Shown: positions 29,945 to 41,074, counted from the stretch's first letter. The stretch is DNA of 64,000 bases from Limnothrix sp. BL-A-16 (GCA_041937175.2 CP166615.1:2720001-2784000); one strand, 5' to 3'. The notes: generated by a model from the sequence alone, not told the origin. Numbers and translations: made by a program.

Positions 29945-30844
29945 CTAATCGGGAATTTTGAGGGACAACTCGTAAACCGATCGCTTGGACAGGTTCAGTT
30001 GGCCGGCAATCTCGCGGCTGGCGGCCGATCGACTCATCCCTTGGGCCATTCGATCGGCCAGGGCGGCGATAATCTCCGCTTCCGTGGGTTGATGGGTAAC
30101 CGGGAGCACTCCGCCTAAAATCAGGACAAATTCCCCTTTAATGGGACAGGCGGGATTTTCGGGAGTCCAAGTGGCGATCGCCTCCGAGAGGGAACCGCGC
30201 CAAAACTGTTCGTAGCGCTTGGTCAGTTCCCGGGCGATCGCGATCGGTCGTTGGTCGCCGCCATGGTTGGCCAAGTCTTGCAAAGTTTCCCGCAGGCGGT
30301 GGGGCGCTTCATAAAGAATCACGGTGCGGGCCTCTTGGGCCAATTGAGCCAGTCGATCGCGCCGTTCTTTGCCCTTGGTGGGTAAAAATCCTTCAAAACA
30401 AAAGCGATCGGTAGGTAAGCCGGAGCCAATTAGCCCCACAATGGCCGCGCAGGCTCCCGGCACTGGCACAACGGACAACCCCGCCGCCCCGCAAGCCGCC
30501 ACCAATGGCACGCCCGGATCGGAAATGCCCGGCGTACCCGCATCGCTGACCAGGGCGATCGCCTGGCCCGCCCGTAGTCGATCGAGAATTTCGGGAATCC
30601 GTTTGGTCTGGTTATGTTCGTGATAGCTCAGTTGGGGCTTGCTGATTTGGAAGTGGGCCAGCAGCTTGCCCGTGTGTCGGGTGTCTTCCGCCGCGATCGC
30701 ATCCACCGCCTGCAAAATTCGCAAGGCCCGGTAGCTGATATCTTCCAAATTCCCGATCGGGGTGGCCACCAAATACAGAGTTCCCGGCTGCACCGTCGTG
30801 ACTTCGCCCAAGGTGATTGGCTCCGGGGAAGGTGTTGCCGTCAT
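29945..30844 (-). CDS. rsmI: 16S rRNA (cytidine1402-2'-O)-methyltransferase
   Basis: LYLVATPIGNLEDI, AEDTRHT, SDAGTPGISDPG, ARELTK. Confidence 0.95.
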   Translation of the reverse strand: MTATPSPEPITLGEVTTVQPGTLYLVATPIGNLEDISYRALRILQAVDAIAAEDTRHTGKLLAHFQISKPQLSYHEHNQTKRIPEILDRLRAGQAIALVSDAGTPGISDPGVPLVAACGAAGLSVVPVPGACAAIVGLIGSGLPTDRFCFEGFLPTKGKERRDRLAQLAQEARTVILYEAPHRLRETLQDLANHGGDQRPIAIARELTKRYEQFWRGSLSEAIATWTPENPACPIKGEFVLILGGVLPVTHQPTEAEIIAALADRMAQGMSRSAASREIAGQLNLSKRSVYELSLKIPD

Positions 30845-30859
30845 CTATCGCACCTTCCC

Positions 30860-31330
30860 CTAAGTCAAAAAGCGATCGAGCGCCGCTTTCAGTTCCGCCA
30901 ATTCCGCGTCAATGTTGCCCTCGCGCGCCGCCCGCACAATGCAAGCATTCAAGTGCTCATCCAAAATGGCCCGCGCCACCCGATCGATCGCACCACGTAC
31001 CGCCGCCAACTGAATCAACACATCGGGGCAATCTCGCCCATCATTCACCATGGCCTTGATGCCGCGCACATGGCCTTCAATTCGCGACAAGCGATTCACA
31101 ATTTTGCGAATTGCTTCCGGGTTGTGGGCGTGGGCGTGGGTGTGGCTATGGGACGGGCCATGGCTATGGCCGTGAGCATGGCTGGGAGCGGGATTGGAGT
31201 CGAGATGCTGGGCAGAGCTGGGGTCGGGCTGATGGGACTGGGCGGAATCGGCGGACAGGTGAGGGTGAGCGTCGGGTTGTGCAGGGTCGTGATCAGGACG
31301 ATTCAAGGGATGGAACGCAGCCAGATTCAA
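30860..31330 (-). CDS. CsoR/RcnR-family metal-sensing repressor (InrS-like) with His-rich N-terminus
   Basis: NRLSRIEGHVRGIKAM...CPDVLIQLAAVRGA...DEHLNAC; HAHGHSHGPSHSHTHAHAH. Start uncertain; TTG at 31330 avoids overlap with the upstream gene. Confidence 0.85.
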   Translation of the reverse strand: MNLAAFHPLNRPDHDPAQPDAHPHLSADSAQSHQPDPSSAQHLDSNPAPSHAHGHSHGPSHSHTHAHAHNPEAIRKIVNRLSRIEGHVRGIKAMVNDGRDCPDVLIQLAAVRGAIDRVARAILDEHLNACIVRAAREGNIDAELAELKAALDRFLT

Positions 31331-31346
31331 AGGGGCAGTTTGGATT

Positions 31347-32309
31347 CTAACGCGACGGCTCCGGGTTTCCGAGCGATCGCACCGCTTCGAGGGCCCCGTG
31401 GGCAATTTGGGGCAGAATACTCCGATCGCGATCGCCCAAAGGCGCATCGATCGCCACCACCAGCCCAAAGGGCCGCCCATCCACCGGCTCCACATAGGCA
31501 CAATCCCACCGCACCCGGCTCATCCACCCCGCCTTAGACCACAGGCGCGTGGTGGGGGGCAACCCTTCCCCCAAAAAACCGGTGACTTGGTTGTAATCCG
31601 GATCCAAGCTGGCCACGGTGGCCGGATCGAGCGATCGCGCCAGGAGGTTCATCAGTATTTGCGATCGGGCCGCCGACACCGCCACCCCACCCGCGATCGC
31701 ATGGAGCAGCCGCGCCACCGCATCCGTCGTTAAATAATTGCGATTGCTGTAGTCTGCCGCCAAAAAGACTCGCTCGCGGCCATAGGGCCCATCACCCCAG
31801 GTTTTTTGGCAAACATTAATGGTTTGGAACTCTTCCCAACCGAACGATTGCAAATAGCGATTCACGATTTGTCGTTGCTGTTGCCAGGTTTCAAAGGGGC
31901 CCGCTGGCAACTCCGGGCCGCTGGTGGTTCCCGACAACACATCCACCAAATAGCTCGTGGCATCGTTACTGGAATTGACGATCGCATCATGCAGGGCCCG
32001 ATCGACCTCTTCGGTGGGCGAAATCATCCCCTTTTCCAACCATTCCTGCACGGCCACCCCATAGAACAGCTTGACCACGCTGGCCGGATAAATGCGTTCC
32101 ACGCCGCGATAGCTGAATCCGCGCACCGGATGGGCCCAAAAATCCGCCGGAGCCAGGGCCCCACCCGTATTCACCATGTAGGGCGGATCGTAAACCCACC
32201 AGGTCAGGGCCAATTGGTTGCGGGCTAACAGCGGATATTGGATCCACAGCCGATCGAGCAGTTGTTTTCCCAACCGCTCCAGTTCCCCATCCTGTTGATA
32301 AAAAACCAT
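31347..32309 (-). CDS. Serine hydrolase, class A beta-lactamase-like
   Basis: YPASVVK (SxxK), SSNDAT, WSKAGW. Confidence 0.88.
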   Translation of the reverse strand: MVFYQQDGELERLGKQLLDRLWIQYPLLARNQLALTWWVYDPPYMVNTGGALAPADFWAHPVRGFSYRGVERIYPASVVKLFYGVAVQEWLEKGMISPTEEVDRALHDAIVNSSNDATSYLVDVLSGTTSGPELPAGPFETWQQQRQIVNRYLQSFGWEEFQTINVCQKTWGDGPYGRERVFLAADYSNRNYLTTDAVARLLHAIAGGVAVSAARSQILMNLLARSLDPATVASLDPDYNQVTGFLGEGLPPTTRLWSKAGWMSRVRWDCAYVEPVDGRPFGLVVAIDAPLGDRDRSILPQIAHGALEAVRSLGNPEPSR

Positions 32310-32388
32310 GCCTACGGTGTTTGGCGTGAACCCAACGATTCTCGCCTATGCTTGGGGCGATCGTCCTTGTTTGCACCGGAGACCTTCC

Positions 32389-33177
32389 ATGACCCCGATC
32401 GCCCTCGATCGCGTGCTGGCTGACTTGGGCCAACCGATTCCCGATCGCCCGGAATATCGCTGCACCGAACCCCTAGACCTATTCACCCGGCCCGACGGGG
32501 AAGAACTGAGCACCCAAGTGGCTCCCGGGCGACAACTGTGGTTTCGGCAACTGTCGGCGGATTTGGCCGCGAGTTTGGCGGCTGGTGCAGGAGCTAATTT
32601 AGATTTCAGCCCAGGGGCGATCGAGGTGGTGCTTTGCGAGGATGACTATGCCGCCTGGTTGCCCCTGGCCGCCTTAGCCCACCTGGCCCCGGCCATTGGC
32701 CCCTATCGGGCCCCGATCGTGTCGCGATCGGCCATTGTCGATCGAATTCCCCAGGCGATCGCCTTTGCCCAAGCGGCCATGGCCGTTCCCCATTGCTACC
32801 TTTGGGGCGGCACGATCGCCCCTGATTATGACTGTTCTGGCCTCATTCAAGCGGCCTTTATGAGTGTGGGCGTGTGGTTGCCTCGCAATTCGTATCAACA
32901 ACAGGAATTCACCGAACCGGTTGAGCTAGAAAACCTTCAACCGGGCGACTTGCTCTTTTTTGGAATGCCCACCAAAACCAACCATGTGGCGCTGTATTTA
33001 GGCAAAACCATCGGGCAACATTGCTATCTGCACAGTTCTGGCTATGAACAGGGGCGGGGAAGAATTGCGGTTGATTTTTTGTCTGATCAGGGCGATCGGG
33101 TGGCGCAAGCTTATTTTTCCCAATACAAAGGAGCCGGTCGAATCCACAGCAGCTATCAACCCAGTCTCAAGGGCTAA
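32389..33177 (+). CDS. NlpC/P60 (C40) peptidase
   Basis: YLWGG...DCSGL, PGDLLFF, NHVALYLG; ATG at 32389 preferred. Confidence 0.9.
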   Translation: MTPIALDRVLADLGQPIPDRPEYRCTEPLDLFTRPDGEELSTQVAPGRQLWFRQLSADLAASLAAGAGANLDFSPGAIEVVLCEDDYAAWLPLAALAHLAPAIGPYRAPIVSRSAIVDRIPQAIAFAQAAMAVPHCYLWGGTIAPDYDCSGLIQAAFMSVGVWLPRNSYQQQEFTEPVELENLQPGDLLFFGMPTKTNHVALYLGKTIGQHCYLHSSGYEQGRGRIAVDFLSDQGDRVAQAYFSQYKGAGRIHSSYQPSLKG

Positions 33178-33247
33178 TTCACGGTTCATTCACCGATCTG
33201 CTTTGGTGCTTTGATGGCCCGCAAGCTAACGATCAACCGACAAACTC

Positions 33248-33472
33248 ATGATGAAACTGGCCGTAAAAGTCAAACCCAACAGCAAACAACAGAAAATTGT
33301 TGAAGAAGCCGATGGAGGGCTAACCATTTTCTTAAAATCTCCCCCGATCGATGGCAAGGCCAATCGCGAGTTAATTCAACTCCTCGCTGCCCATTTAGGC
33401 GTTAGCAAATCAGCAATCACAATCAAAGTTGGCCAAGCGGGCCGCCAAAAAATCATTGAGGTTGCAGACTAA
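33248..33472 (+). CDS. DUF167 (YggU-like) protein
   Basis: VKVKPNS...[17 protein letters not shown]. Confidence 0.88.
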   Translation: MMKLAVKVKPNSKQQKIVEEADGGLTIFLKSPPIDGKANRELIQLLAAHLGVSKSAITIKVGQAGRQKIIEVAD

Positions 33473-33648
33473 TGACAACAAGCGCTAGGGCCCTCAGGAT
33501 TGGGATAGGATAAGCGCGATCGCCCCTCTTGCTCGACATCGATTCGTGGTCGGTTCATCTACCGATCCGGAATTGGGATCAGATCGAGCCTTGAGGTCGA
33601 GCCTTGGTTTAGATCACTTAGACCGTCAGACCGCCCCTCTAATTCCCC

Positions 33649-35076
33649 ATGTCGCTCCAGCTTTACAACACTCTCACCCGTCGCAAAGAACCCTTCGAGC
33701 CGATCGAGCCGGGTCGGGTGCGGATGTATTGCTGTGGCGTAACGGTCTATGACCATTGCCATTTGGGCCATGCCCGGTCGTACATCGTTTGGGATACCCT
33801 ACGGCGTTTTTTGCAATGGCGGGGCTATGACGTGCGCTATGTGCAAAACTTCACCGACATTGACGACAAAATTCTTAATCGCGCCAAAAACGAAGGGGTT
33901 TCCATGCAGGCGATCGCCGATCGCTACACCGAAACCTACTTTGAAGACATGGCCCGGCTCAATATTCGGGAAGCCGATGCCTATCCCCGTGCCACCCACA
34001 CCCTAAACGGCATTCAGCGCTTGATCGCTGAATTGGAAGCCAAGGGCGTGGCCTATGCGTCCGGGGGTGATGTGTATTTTGCAGTGCGTAAATTTGCGGA
34101 CTATGGCAAGCTTTCCGGCCGCAAATTAGATGACCTGCAAGCCGGAGCCAGCGGCCGCACGGACGACGAAACCACCAAAAAGCAAGATCCCTTCGACTTT
34201 GCCCTTTGGAAAGGAGCCAAGCCCGACGAACCGGCCTGGGAGTCCCCTTGGGGGCCTGGTCGCCCGGGTTGGCACATTGAGTGCTCCGCCATGGTGCGCC
34301 AAGAGTTGGGCGAAAGCATTGATATCCACGTGGGGGGCGGTGATTTGATTTTTCCGCACCACGAAAACGAGATTGCCCAATCGGAAGCGGCCACGGGCCA
34401 TCCCTTAGCCCGGTTTTGGTTGCACAACGGCATGGTGAACGTGGGCGGCGAGAAGATGTCGAAGTCCTTAGGCAACTTCACAACCATTCGCGCTCTGCTG
34501 GATGCGCCGGAGGGGCCCCACCCGATGGCCCTGCGGTTATTTGTGCTGCAAGGTCACTACCGCAAGCCGATGGACTTCACGGGTGAGGCGATCGAGGCGG
34601 CCAAAAATGCCTGGAACACGCTCAAGGAGGGGCTGTTGTTCGAGGGGCTAGCGGATCTCAACGGTGCGCCCACCTATGACCCCACGGCGCTCGATCGGTT
34701 CCGGGCGGCGATGGATGACGACCTGAACACGCCGGAAGCCTTGGCTGTGCTGTTTGAGCTGGCGAAGGAGCTGCGCCGGGAAAAGAATCTGCGAGTTCAT
34801 GAGGGGCAATTTTCCCAGGATGCCGCCGCGATCGCCCAGCAGTGGCGAACCTTGGTGCATTTGGCGGATGTGTTGGGCCTGGTGGCCACAGCGGAAGTCC
34901 CAACGGCCACTGTATCCGGCCCCAGCGATGCGGAAATTGAGGCCTTAATTGCCCAACGGACGGCCGCCCGCAAGGCCAAAAACTTTGCCGAGTCCGATCG
35001 CATCCGCGACGAGCTGAAAGCCCAGGGCATTGTGTTGATCGATCGCCCCGGTGAAACCGCCTGGCATCGAGAATAG
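33649..35076 (+). CDS. cysS: Cysteine--tRNA ligase
   Basis: [28 protein letters not shown]. Confidence 0.97.
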   Translation: MSLQLYNTLTRRKEPFEPIEPGRVRMYCCGVTVYDHCHLGHARSYIVWDTLRRFLQWRGYDVRYVQNFTDIDDKILNRAKNEGVSMQAIADRYTETYFEDMARLNIREADAYPRATHTLNGIQRLIAELEAKGVAYASGGDVYFAVRKFADYGKLSGRKLDDLQAGASGRTDDETTKKQDPFDFALWKGAKPDEPAWESPWGPGRPGWHIECSAMVRQELGESIDIHVGGGDLIFPHHENEIAQSEAATGHPLARFWLHNGMVNVGGEKMSKSLGNFTTIRALLDAPEGPHPMALRLFVLQGHYRKPMDFTGEAIEAAKNAWNTLKEGLLFEGLADLNGAPTYDPTALDRFRAAMDDDLNTPEALAVLFELAKELRREKNLRVHEGQFSQDAAAIAQQWRTLVHLADVLGLVATAEVPTATVSGPSDAEIEALIAQRTAARKAKNFAESDRIRDELKAQGIVLIDRPGETAWHRE

Positions 35077-35086
35077 GAGGACAACC

Positions 35087-35404
35087 ATGGCCGATCGCGA
35101 TTTGTTTCAGCGGGCCAATGCGCAGGGCATGAAGCGATTTTGTGAAGGTTGGCATCGGGCCCAAAACCAACGCTACTTGCTGCGATCGCAACTGGGGTTT
35201 AGCCAAGCCAGCACTCCTCATCGACCGGCTGTTTGTCGGGGCTGCGAAAACTATCACGGCATCGCCTACGGTTACAGCCGCGATCGACGGGCAAGGCTGA
35301 TTTGCGGTATTCATCCCTTTGGCTGGTCGGGAACCGATCTTTGTCCCGATTGGCGCGGGGCGATCGAGCCGGAACTGTCCGCCACCGCCGACGATCATCG
35401 GTGA
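35087..35404 (+). CDS. Small Cys/His-containing hypothetical protein
   Basis: AGGAGG RBS immediately after cysS; CRGCENYHG...CGIHP...CPDW. Confidence 0.72.
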   Translation: MADRDLFQRANAQGMKRFCEGWHRAQNQRYLLRSQLGFSQASTPHRPAVCRGCENYHGIAYGYSRDRRARLICGIHPFGWSGTDLCPDWRGAIEPELSATADDHR

Positions 35405-35490
35405 CGGCCAGACGATTATTAGTCATCAACCAGCCCCAACTCAGTCCATAATTCATCCCCAAAATCTCCGAAATCCAAGATCTCCGAAAT

Positions 35491-35985
35491 ATGGGAATTC
35501 AAAACATCGGTAAACGATTGCTCTTGCTATTGGGGCTGGCCCTGCTGTGGGTTTTGTTGGGAGCCTTGCCCGCCCAAGCAATGGCTAACTACAGCAAAAC
35601 CAACCAGGAAGGACAAAATTTTGCCGGTGAAAACTTGGTGGGCGCAGCGTTTTTGGCCACCGATTTGCGCGATGCCAATCTGGCGGGAGCCAACTTGAGC
35701 AATGCCACCCTCACCCAGTCCACCCTGTTGCGAGCCAACTTGCAGGGGGCTGATTTAACGGGCGCTTTGATCGATCGGGCAGTGCTGGAACGGGCAGATT
35801 TAACCCAAGCGATCGCCCGTGAAGCGATTTTTACGCGCTCAATTTTGGCTGACACCGCGATCGAGGGAGCCGACTTCACCGACGCATTGATCGATCGGTA
35901 CGATGTGGCCCAACTTTGCAAAATCGCCAGCGGCATCAATCAGAAAACCGGGGTCAGCACCCGCGAAAGCTTGGGTTGCGATTAG
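35491..35985 (+). CDS. Pentapeptide repeat protein with signal peptide
   Basis: Hydrophobic leader ending AQA; A(N/D)L repeats; TRESLGC C-terminus. Confidence 0.9.
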   Translation: MGIQNIGKRLLLLLGLALLWVLLGALPAQAMANYSKTNQEGQNFAGENLVGAAFLATDLRDANLAGANLSNATLTQSTLLRANLQGADLTGALIDRAVLERADLTQAIAREAIFTRSILADTAIEGADFTDALIDRYDVAQLCKIASGINQKTGVSTRESLGCD

Positions 35986-36029
35986 TGCTCAAACCTTCTC
36001 CGCGATCGGGCACTTCAAAGTTAGGTTCA

Positions 36030-36199
36030 GAGGATATCTGAGAAGTCACTGGGGATGCTTAGTAAAGCGCCGGCCATCATCGGGGCAAGGGGCTTAAGCC
36101 CCTTGTCTTGGTTGCTCTGGAACAAGGGGCTTAAGCCCCTTGTCTTGGTTAGTCAATAAGACCCACAAGGTAGTAGTTTTGGCGTTTCAAACATTCCTT
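36030..36199. mobile_element. Degenerate MITE (GAGGATRT ends) with duplicated palindromic core
   Basis: Left GAGGATATCTGAGAAG; degenerate right end TTTCAAACATTCCTT; two tandem copies of CAAGGGGCTTAAGCCCCTTGTCTTGGTT at 36086 and 36123. Confidence 0.55.
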
Positions 36200-36303
36200 G
36201 AAGGATTTCTTGAGGGGTTTTTTGATTTATAAGTTTTCCGAGAGCTGACTGGAATATTTTCCCGCAAGGACTCTCCTAATTAACCAAACTAGCGTTAACC
36301 AAA

Positions 36304-36492
36304 CTAGCGAGCTTTCCAAGTGCCACCATAGCGATAGTGCGGATTGGTGGCGCTTTGCTGTTTTTGGCAATGGGGACAGGCCAAAACCCATTGATCGGTG
36401 CGATCAACCTGGATTCGATAGCGCACCAACGAAAGCACCTGGCATAATTCACAGGGTCGTGGTTGGGGATTGGCTGTGCGACGACGCGGCAT
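36304..36492 (-). CDS. Small zinc-ribbon-like hypothetical protein
   Basis: CELC...CPHC...YRYGGTWKA. Confidence 0.7.
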   Translation of the reverse strand: MPRRRTANPQPRPCELCQVLSLVRYRIQVDRTDQWVLACPHCQKQQSATNPHYRYGGTWKAR

Positions 36493-36587
36493 GACAATTA
36501 ATAGAAGTCAACAGTAATCGGCGGCAATCAACGGCGATTTAAGACAATTTCAATCCACTCAAATCATTTCAATTCAAATCATTTCAA

Positions 36588-37259
36588 TCAATTTAAATCA
36601 AAGGGAACCCCGCCATTGGTTTCCCAATAGTGACGATAGAGCAATTCAAGCTGGCCGCAATGTTGGGCGATCGCCGCCACCTGCCGCCGATACAAACTCC
36701 GAAACACATTCGCCACCAGCAACGCCCCGATCGCCACCACCAAGCCCGTAGCCGTGGACACCAACGCCTCGCTCAGGCCCGAACCGATGCCCGCGCCATT
36801 GGGGCCGCCCGTGGAGCCGATGCTGTCCCAGCGCAGGGCCGCAAAGGATCCCATCAGCCCCAATACGGTTCCCAACAGACCCAACAGGGGCGCAATGCCG
36901 ACGATCGTGTCGAAAGCCGTGCCAAACCGTTTGAGTTGGGGCAGTTGGGCTTGGGCGGCGCTGTCCAGGGCCAAGCGAAACTCCTCGGGGGTAGGGCGAT
37001 CGAGCGTGAGCGCCGCCAGGAAAATCTGCACGATCGGCCAATCCTCTGGAGCCGATCGCAACAAACGCAGGGCGCGATCAGTATCGGGTTCCCGCCCGTA
37101 CAACACCAGTGCCTCCCGAATCAGGAGCGGTTGCTCCTGGGCCAAGCGCCACCAAAACCGGCCCCGCTCCACCGCCAGGGCGATCGTGGCGATCGCACAA
37201 CCCGCCAAAGGAACCATTACCGCCCCACCGGCCACAAACCATTGCCATACCGACGACAT
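36588..37259 (-). CDS. MotA/TolQ/ExbB proton channel protein
   Basis: GGAVMVPL, APLLGLLGTVLG, GLSEALVSTATGLVVAI. Confidence 0.9.
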   Translation of the reverse strand: MSSVWQWFVAGGAVMVPLAGCAIATIALAVERGRFWWRLAQEQPLLIREALVLYGREPDTDRALRLLRSAPEDWPIVQIFLAALTLDRPTPEEFRLALDSAAQAQLPQLKRFGTAFDTIVGIAPLLGLLGTVLGLMGSFAALRWDSIGSTGGPNGAGIGSGLSEALVSTATGLVVAIGALLVANVFRSLYRRQVAAIAQHCGQLELLYRHYWETNGGVPFDLN

Positions 37260-37624
37260 CGAGCACCTACTCCCCTTGCAACGCAGCGGGTTCATCTAGC
37301 GGCCAATCACGGCCCGTGGGCCAACAGAAATTCAGCCAAACCCAATCAACCACCAGCCTGGCCCTATGATGCCCGATTGGCGATGGCCGAGAACTAGTTG
37401 ATTTGCCCCGTTTCGATCGCCCCGATCGGCCCCAGGCAATTGACTGTAGTGGGGATCGATCTTTACCATTGAGTTACATTAATGAACTGTAAAGAACTGT
37501 TGCGATTAATCAACGGTTTCCATCCTCCGGCCCCTTGATTGCCCCACAGACCAAGGGTTTTCAGTTCTTTCCCCATTCGATTTTGTCCCCCATCCTTCCG
37601 CCCTGGCTTTTGGAGCGCGTCCCT

Positions 37625-38455
37625 ATGCAACAGGCAACACAACTGGTTTCCCGCCGCTGGTCGCAGTGGTTGACGGCCACGCTGGGATCGTTGGTGCTTT
37701 GTGCGATCGCCTGGATCGCCGCACCGGCCCCCGCCCAAGCCTTCGATAACCCCGACCTGCTGCCCAAGGAGTTCACCACCGTTGTGGACTTGGCCAACCA
37801 GTTGCCCAGTGGCCAAGAGCAAAAACTCGCCCAAACCCTGGCGGACTTCGAGGCGGAAACGGGCTGGAAACTGCGTGTTTTGACCCAATTTGACCAAACG
37901 CCCGGCCTGGCCGTGAAGCGATTTTGGGATGTGGATAACAAAACCTTGCTGGTGGTGGCCGACTCCCGGGGGGGCAACCTGCTGAACTTCAATGTGGGTG
38001 GCGATTTTTATAACGTCTTTCCGCGCACCTTTTGGATTGAGCTGCAAACCCGCTACGGCAACCAATTCTTTGTGCGCGACAACGGGGAAAATCAGGCGAT
38101 CGTCCAATCCCTGGAGTCGGTGATGGGTTGTCTGCGCCAAGGGGGCTGTCAGTTTGTGCCCGGTTTGCCCCAGGAGCAATGGATCCTAACCCTGGTGACT
38201 TCGGTGCTGGGCGGTGTGATCTGTGGTTTTGCGGCCCACCCGCGCAAGGCCGGCGAATGGATTTCCTGGCAATGGGCGCTGATTTTGTCGCCACTATGGG
38301 GCATTTTGTTTATTGCCTTTGGCATTGGCCCGGTGGTGACCCGCACGGCGGACTGGTTGCCCCTGGTGCGCAACATTGCTGGATTTGCGATCGGGGCGTT
38401 GGTGGCTTTCCTGTCGCCGGTCTTTGGTCGCCCCCCGTCAGAGGCCGAAACTTAG
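37625..38455 (+). CDS. TPM-domain membrane protein
   Basis: Signal peptide ending AQA-FDNPDLLP; TGWKLRVLTQ; three C-terminal TM helices. Confidence 0.85.
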   Translation: MQQATQLVSRRWSQWLTATLGSLVLCAIAWIAAPAPAQAFDNPDLLPKEFTTVVDLANQLPSGQEQKLAQTLADFEAETGWKLRVLTQFDQTPGLAVKRFWDVDNKTLLVVADSRGGNLLNFNVGGDFYNVFPRTFWIELQTRYGNQFFVRDNGENQAIVQSLESVMGCLRQGGCQFVPGLPQEQWILTLVTSVLGGVICGFAAHPRKAGEWISWQWALILSPLWGILFIAFGIGPVVTRTADWLPLVRNIAGFAIGALVAFLSPVFGRPPSEAET

Positions 38456-38622
38456 GATCAGGCAACGAAACCCAGTTTTGGGCCTGGAGGTTTTCTGGTG
38501 ATCAGTGCGCCAATTCAACATCGGGGCGATCGCGATCGTTGCCACCGGGTCTTTAGTGGGTGAAATTAGAGCAGGGTTGGGGCCATGGCCCGCCCAAGCT
38601 GAGTTGGCACGAGTTGTTGATG

Positions 38623-39252
38623 ATGGAGTGGCATATCACGGACGCACAGAGCCTGGCTCTGATCGATCGGGAGTTGGGCGATCGGGGCGATCGCTCACCA
38701 GCGGAATACGAGATGGTGCGTCGGGTGATCTATGCCACCGCAGATTTTGACTATGCCAGTTGCCTGAGTTTTTCCGAGCGATCGCTCAGTGCGGGGGCGG
38801 CGGCCCTAGCAGCGCGGACAACGGTGATTGTGGATGTGCCGATGGTGCAGGTGGGGATTGCCCCTGCCATTCAGGCCACCTTTGCCAATCCGGTGTTTTG
38901 TGCCACGGAGGCGATCGTGCGGCCACAACAGGCCCTGACCAAGGCCGCTTGGGGAATTCAAACCCTGGCCCGGCGTTACCCGGAGGCTATCTTTCTGGTG
39001 GGCGAGTCGCAAACGGCCCTACTGGCACTGATTGAACTAATTGAGGCGGAAGAAATTAACCCGGCCCTGGTGATTGCCACCCCGGCCGGGTTTGTGGAAG
39101 TGGATACCACCAAAGCCCGATTGCGCGATGCCCAGGTGTCCCACATTTGCGTGGAAGGTCGCAAGGGCAGCCCAATCGTGGCGATCGCGGCCATGGGCGG
39201 ACTGGTGGACTTGGCTTGGCAGGCTTACGGGCCCAAGGCAAAGGGGCGCTAA
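38623..39252 (+). CDS. cobH: Precorrin-8X methylmutase family protein
   Basis: VRRVIYATADFDY, IVDVPMVQVGI, ATPAGFV, GRKGS. Confidence 0.82.
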   Translation: MEWHITDAQSLALIDRELGDRGDRSPAEYEMVRRVIYATADFDYASCLSFSERSLSAGAAALAARTTVIVDVPMVQVGIAPAIQATFANPVFCATEAIVRPQQALTKAAWGIQTLARRYPEAIFLVGESQTALLALIELIEAEEINPALVIATPAGFVEVDTTKARLRDAQVSHICVEGRKGSPIVAIAAMGGLVDLAWQAYGPKAKGR

Positions 39253-40904
39253 CCGGTTTGCAGGGCGGCGGCCTCTTGGGCCAGGCGATCGCTCAGCAGG
39301 CTATGGTTTCGTTGGGCCCGTTCATGCTGCGGATTGAGGGCGATCGCTTGGTTATAGGACTCGATCGCCTCGGGATAGCAGTCTAACCGAACCAGCACAT
39401 TGCCCCGGCTGTACCAAGTTTCCGGGTCGTTGCGATCGAGGTCGATCGCCTGGTCATAGCTGCTGAGGGCGGCGGCAAACTGACCCAACTGGGTGAGGAT
39501 AATACCGCGATTGTGCCAAGCGCTGGCGTTTTGGCCGTTTAGCTCGATCGCCCGATCGTAGGCTTGCAGGGCCTCTTGGGGCCGTTGCAGCCGCGCCAGG
39601 GCATTGGCCCGGTTATACCAAGCTTCATGACTATCGGGGTTCAGGGAAATGGCTTGGTTATAGGACTTGAGGGCCTGATCGGTTTGCTGCAACTTACTGA
39701 GGATTAACCCCTGATGCAGCCACAGTTCCGGGTGATTGGGATTCAAGGCGATCGCCTGGTGGTAGGACGTGGCGGCTTCTTCAAATTTGCCCAGCCGCAT
39801 CAGCACCAACCCGCGATTGTGCCAACTTTCGTAGCTGTCGGGCTTCAGGCGCACGGCACGATCATAGGCGGCGATCGCGGCTGGATAGCGCTGCAATGCT
39901 TCTAAAACCACCCCTTTTCCCCACCAAGCGGCATAGCAGTCCGGCTGTTGCTCGATCGCCTTGTCATATTCCGTCAAGGCTCCTTCCGGATCGCCGTTAC
40001 GGAACAGTTGTTCAGCCCGATCGGCAATATTATTGGCACTCACCGGCAGCGCCGTGGGGGTCAACATCGGCATCTGTTGCATCTGCAAAGACACCAACTG
40101 TTCCACCAAGGTGCGCAATTCCTGTTGAATTTGCGGCTGAATCAAGGCCAGCAATTCTTGAGGCGCTTTTTGCGTAAATTCTTGGATGATGTGCGCCTTT
40201 TGCCGATCGGCTTGACCCGCCAAAATTTGCATATTTGAAATAAATTCCTTCTCCAGTTCCGCAATTTGGTGACGCGAAACCCGGCGATCGCTGGCCAACC
40301 GTTCTTGAAACTGGGTTAGCTCCTGGTTTGCAGTTCCCTTGACGGCGGCCACATGGGTTTCCAACTCATGAATCAAAGCGGCGGCCGAAACCTTGGTGCG
40401 TTCCACCTGGTCTTGCAAGTCTTGCAGACTGCGATCGGCCCGATGGCGAGCCACCTTCACCCGAGCTTCCAAATCACCCAAATCCTTCAGGCTGTGGCGT
40501 ACCGACTGCGCCAAGTGATTCACCACCTTGCGCCGCCCCAACCAGAGGGCCGCTGTCATGGCCAAGGGAGCCGTTCCCAAAGCAATCAGCAACCAACTGA
40601 GGCCCCCAAGGGTACGCTCCAGACCGATCGCTTCCCCGGTGCTGGCGCTGGCCGTGGCAAAGGCCAGATCGGCGCGGTCGGTGGCCTCGGCGGCGGCGAT
40701 CGGGGCTTCGGGTTCCACTAAGGTGGCACAGGCGGTCTGGGCTTGACCCGCCTCGGTCACGGGGCAGGGAATCGGAGTCGTGGTGTGAGTGACGGCTTGG
40801 GCGGGGCTGGCCGCCAAGGCCAGAGGAGCCACCAGGGCCGGAACCCAGGCCACTGCCCGGGCCCGATCGCCCGTTGCACCAAAATTGCTGCGGGAAGAAC
40901 TCAT
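39249..40904 (-). CDS. Membrane-anchored coiled-coil TPR protein
   Basis: Signal-like N-terminus, TM segment, coiled coil, ~7-8 TPR units (W..RG..L..L..Y..A...YDQAI). Confidence 0.85.
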   Translation of the reverse strand: MSSSRSNFGATGDRARAVAWVPALVAPLALAASPAQAVTHTTTPIPCPVTEAGQAQTACATLVEPEAPIAAAEATDRADLAFATASASTGEAIGLERTLGGLSWLLIALGTAPLAMTAALWLGRRKVVNHLAQSVRHSLKDLGDLEARVKVARHRADRSLQDLQDQVERTKVSAAALIHELETHVAAVKGTANQELTQFQERLASDRRVSRHQIAELEKEFISNMQILAGQADRQKAHIIQEFTQKAPQELLALIQPQIQQELRTLVEQLVSLQMQQMPMLTPTALPVSANNIADRAEQLFRNGDPEGALTEYDKAIEQQPDCYAAWWGKGVVLEALQRYPAAIAAYDRAVRLKPDSYESWHNRGLVLMRLGKFEEAATSYHQAIALNPNHPELWLHQGLILSKLQQTDQALKSYNQAISLNPDSHEAWYNRANALARLQRPQEALQAYDRAIELNGQNASAWHNRGIILTQLGQFAAALSSYDQAIDLDRNDPETWYSRGNVLVRLDCYPEAIESYNQAIALNPQHERAQRNHSLLSDRLAQEAAALQTG

Positions 40905-41074
40905 GTAGACAGCCTCCGAACCCGTTGCGAGTCAATTGCGAGTCGATGTTGATCCTCGGCTCTGACCGAGTGACTAGCTATTGTTTCGGAGGCGATCGGC
41001 CGAAATCCGGGAGTCTATTGGGTGTGGCAGCCAGTGGCCAATCCAGCACCCTGGCGGCCCCTTAGCTCAACCCC

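Noticed and set aside
31331..31501. Long N-terminal extension of the InrS-like ORF
   Set aside because: Overlaps the 3' end of the serine hydrolase gene; probably an ORF-caller over-extension.
36086..36150. Two 28-bp direct repeats, possible mini-CRISPR
   Set aside because: Only two units with a 9-bp spacer and no cas genes; the unit is the dispersed palindrome found in the MITEs.
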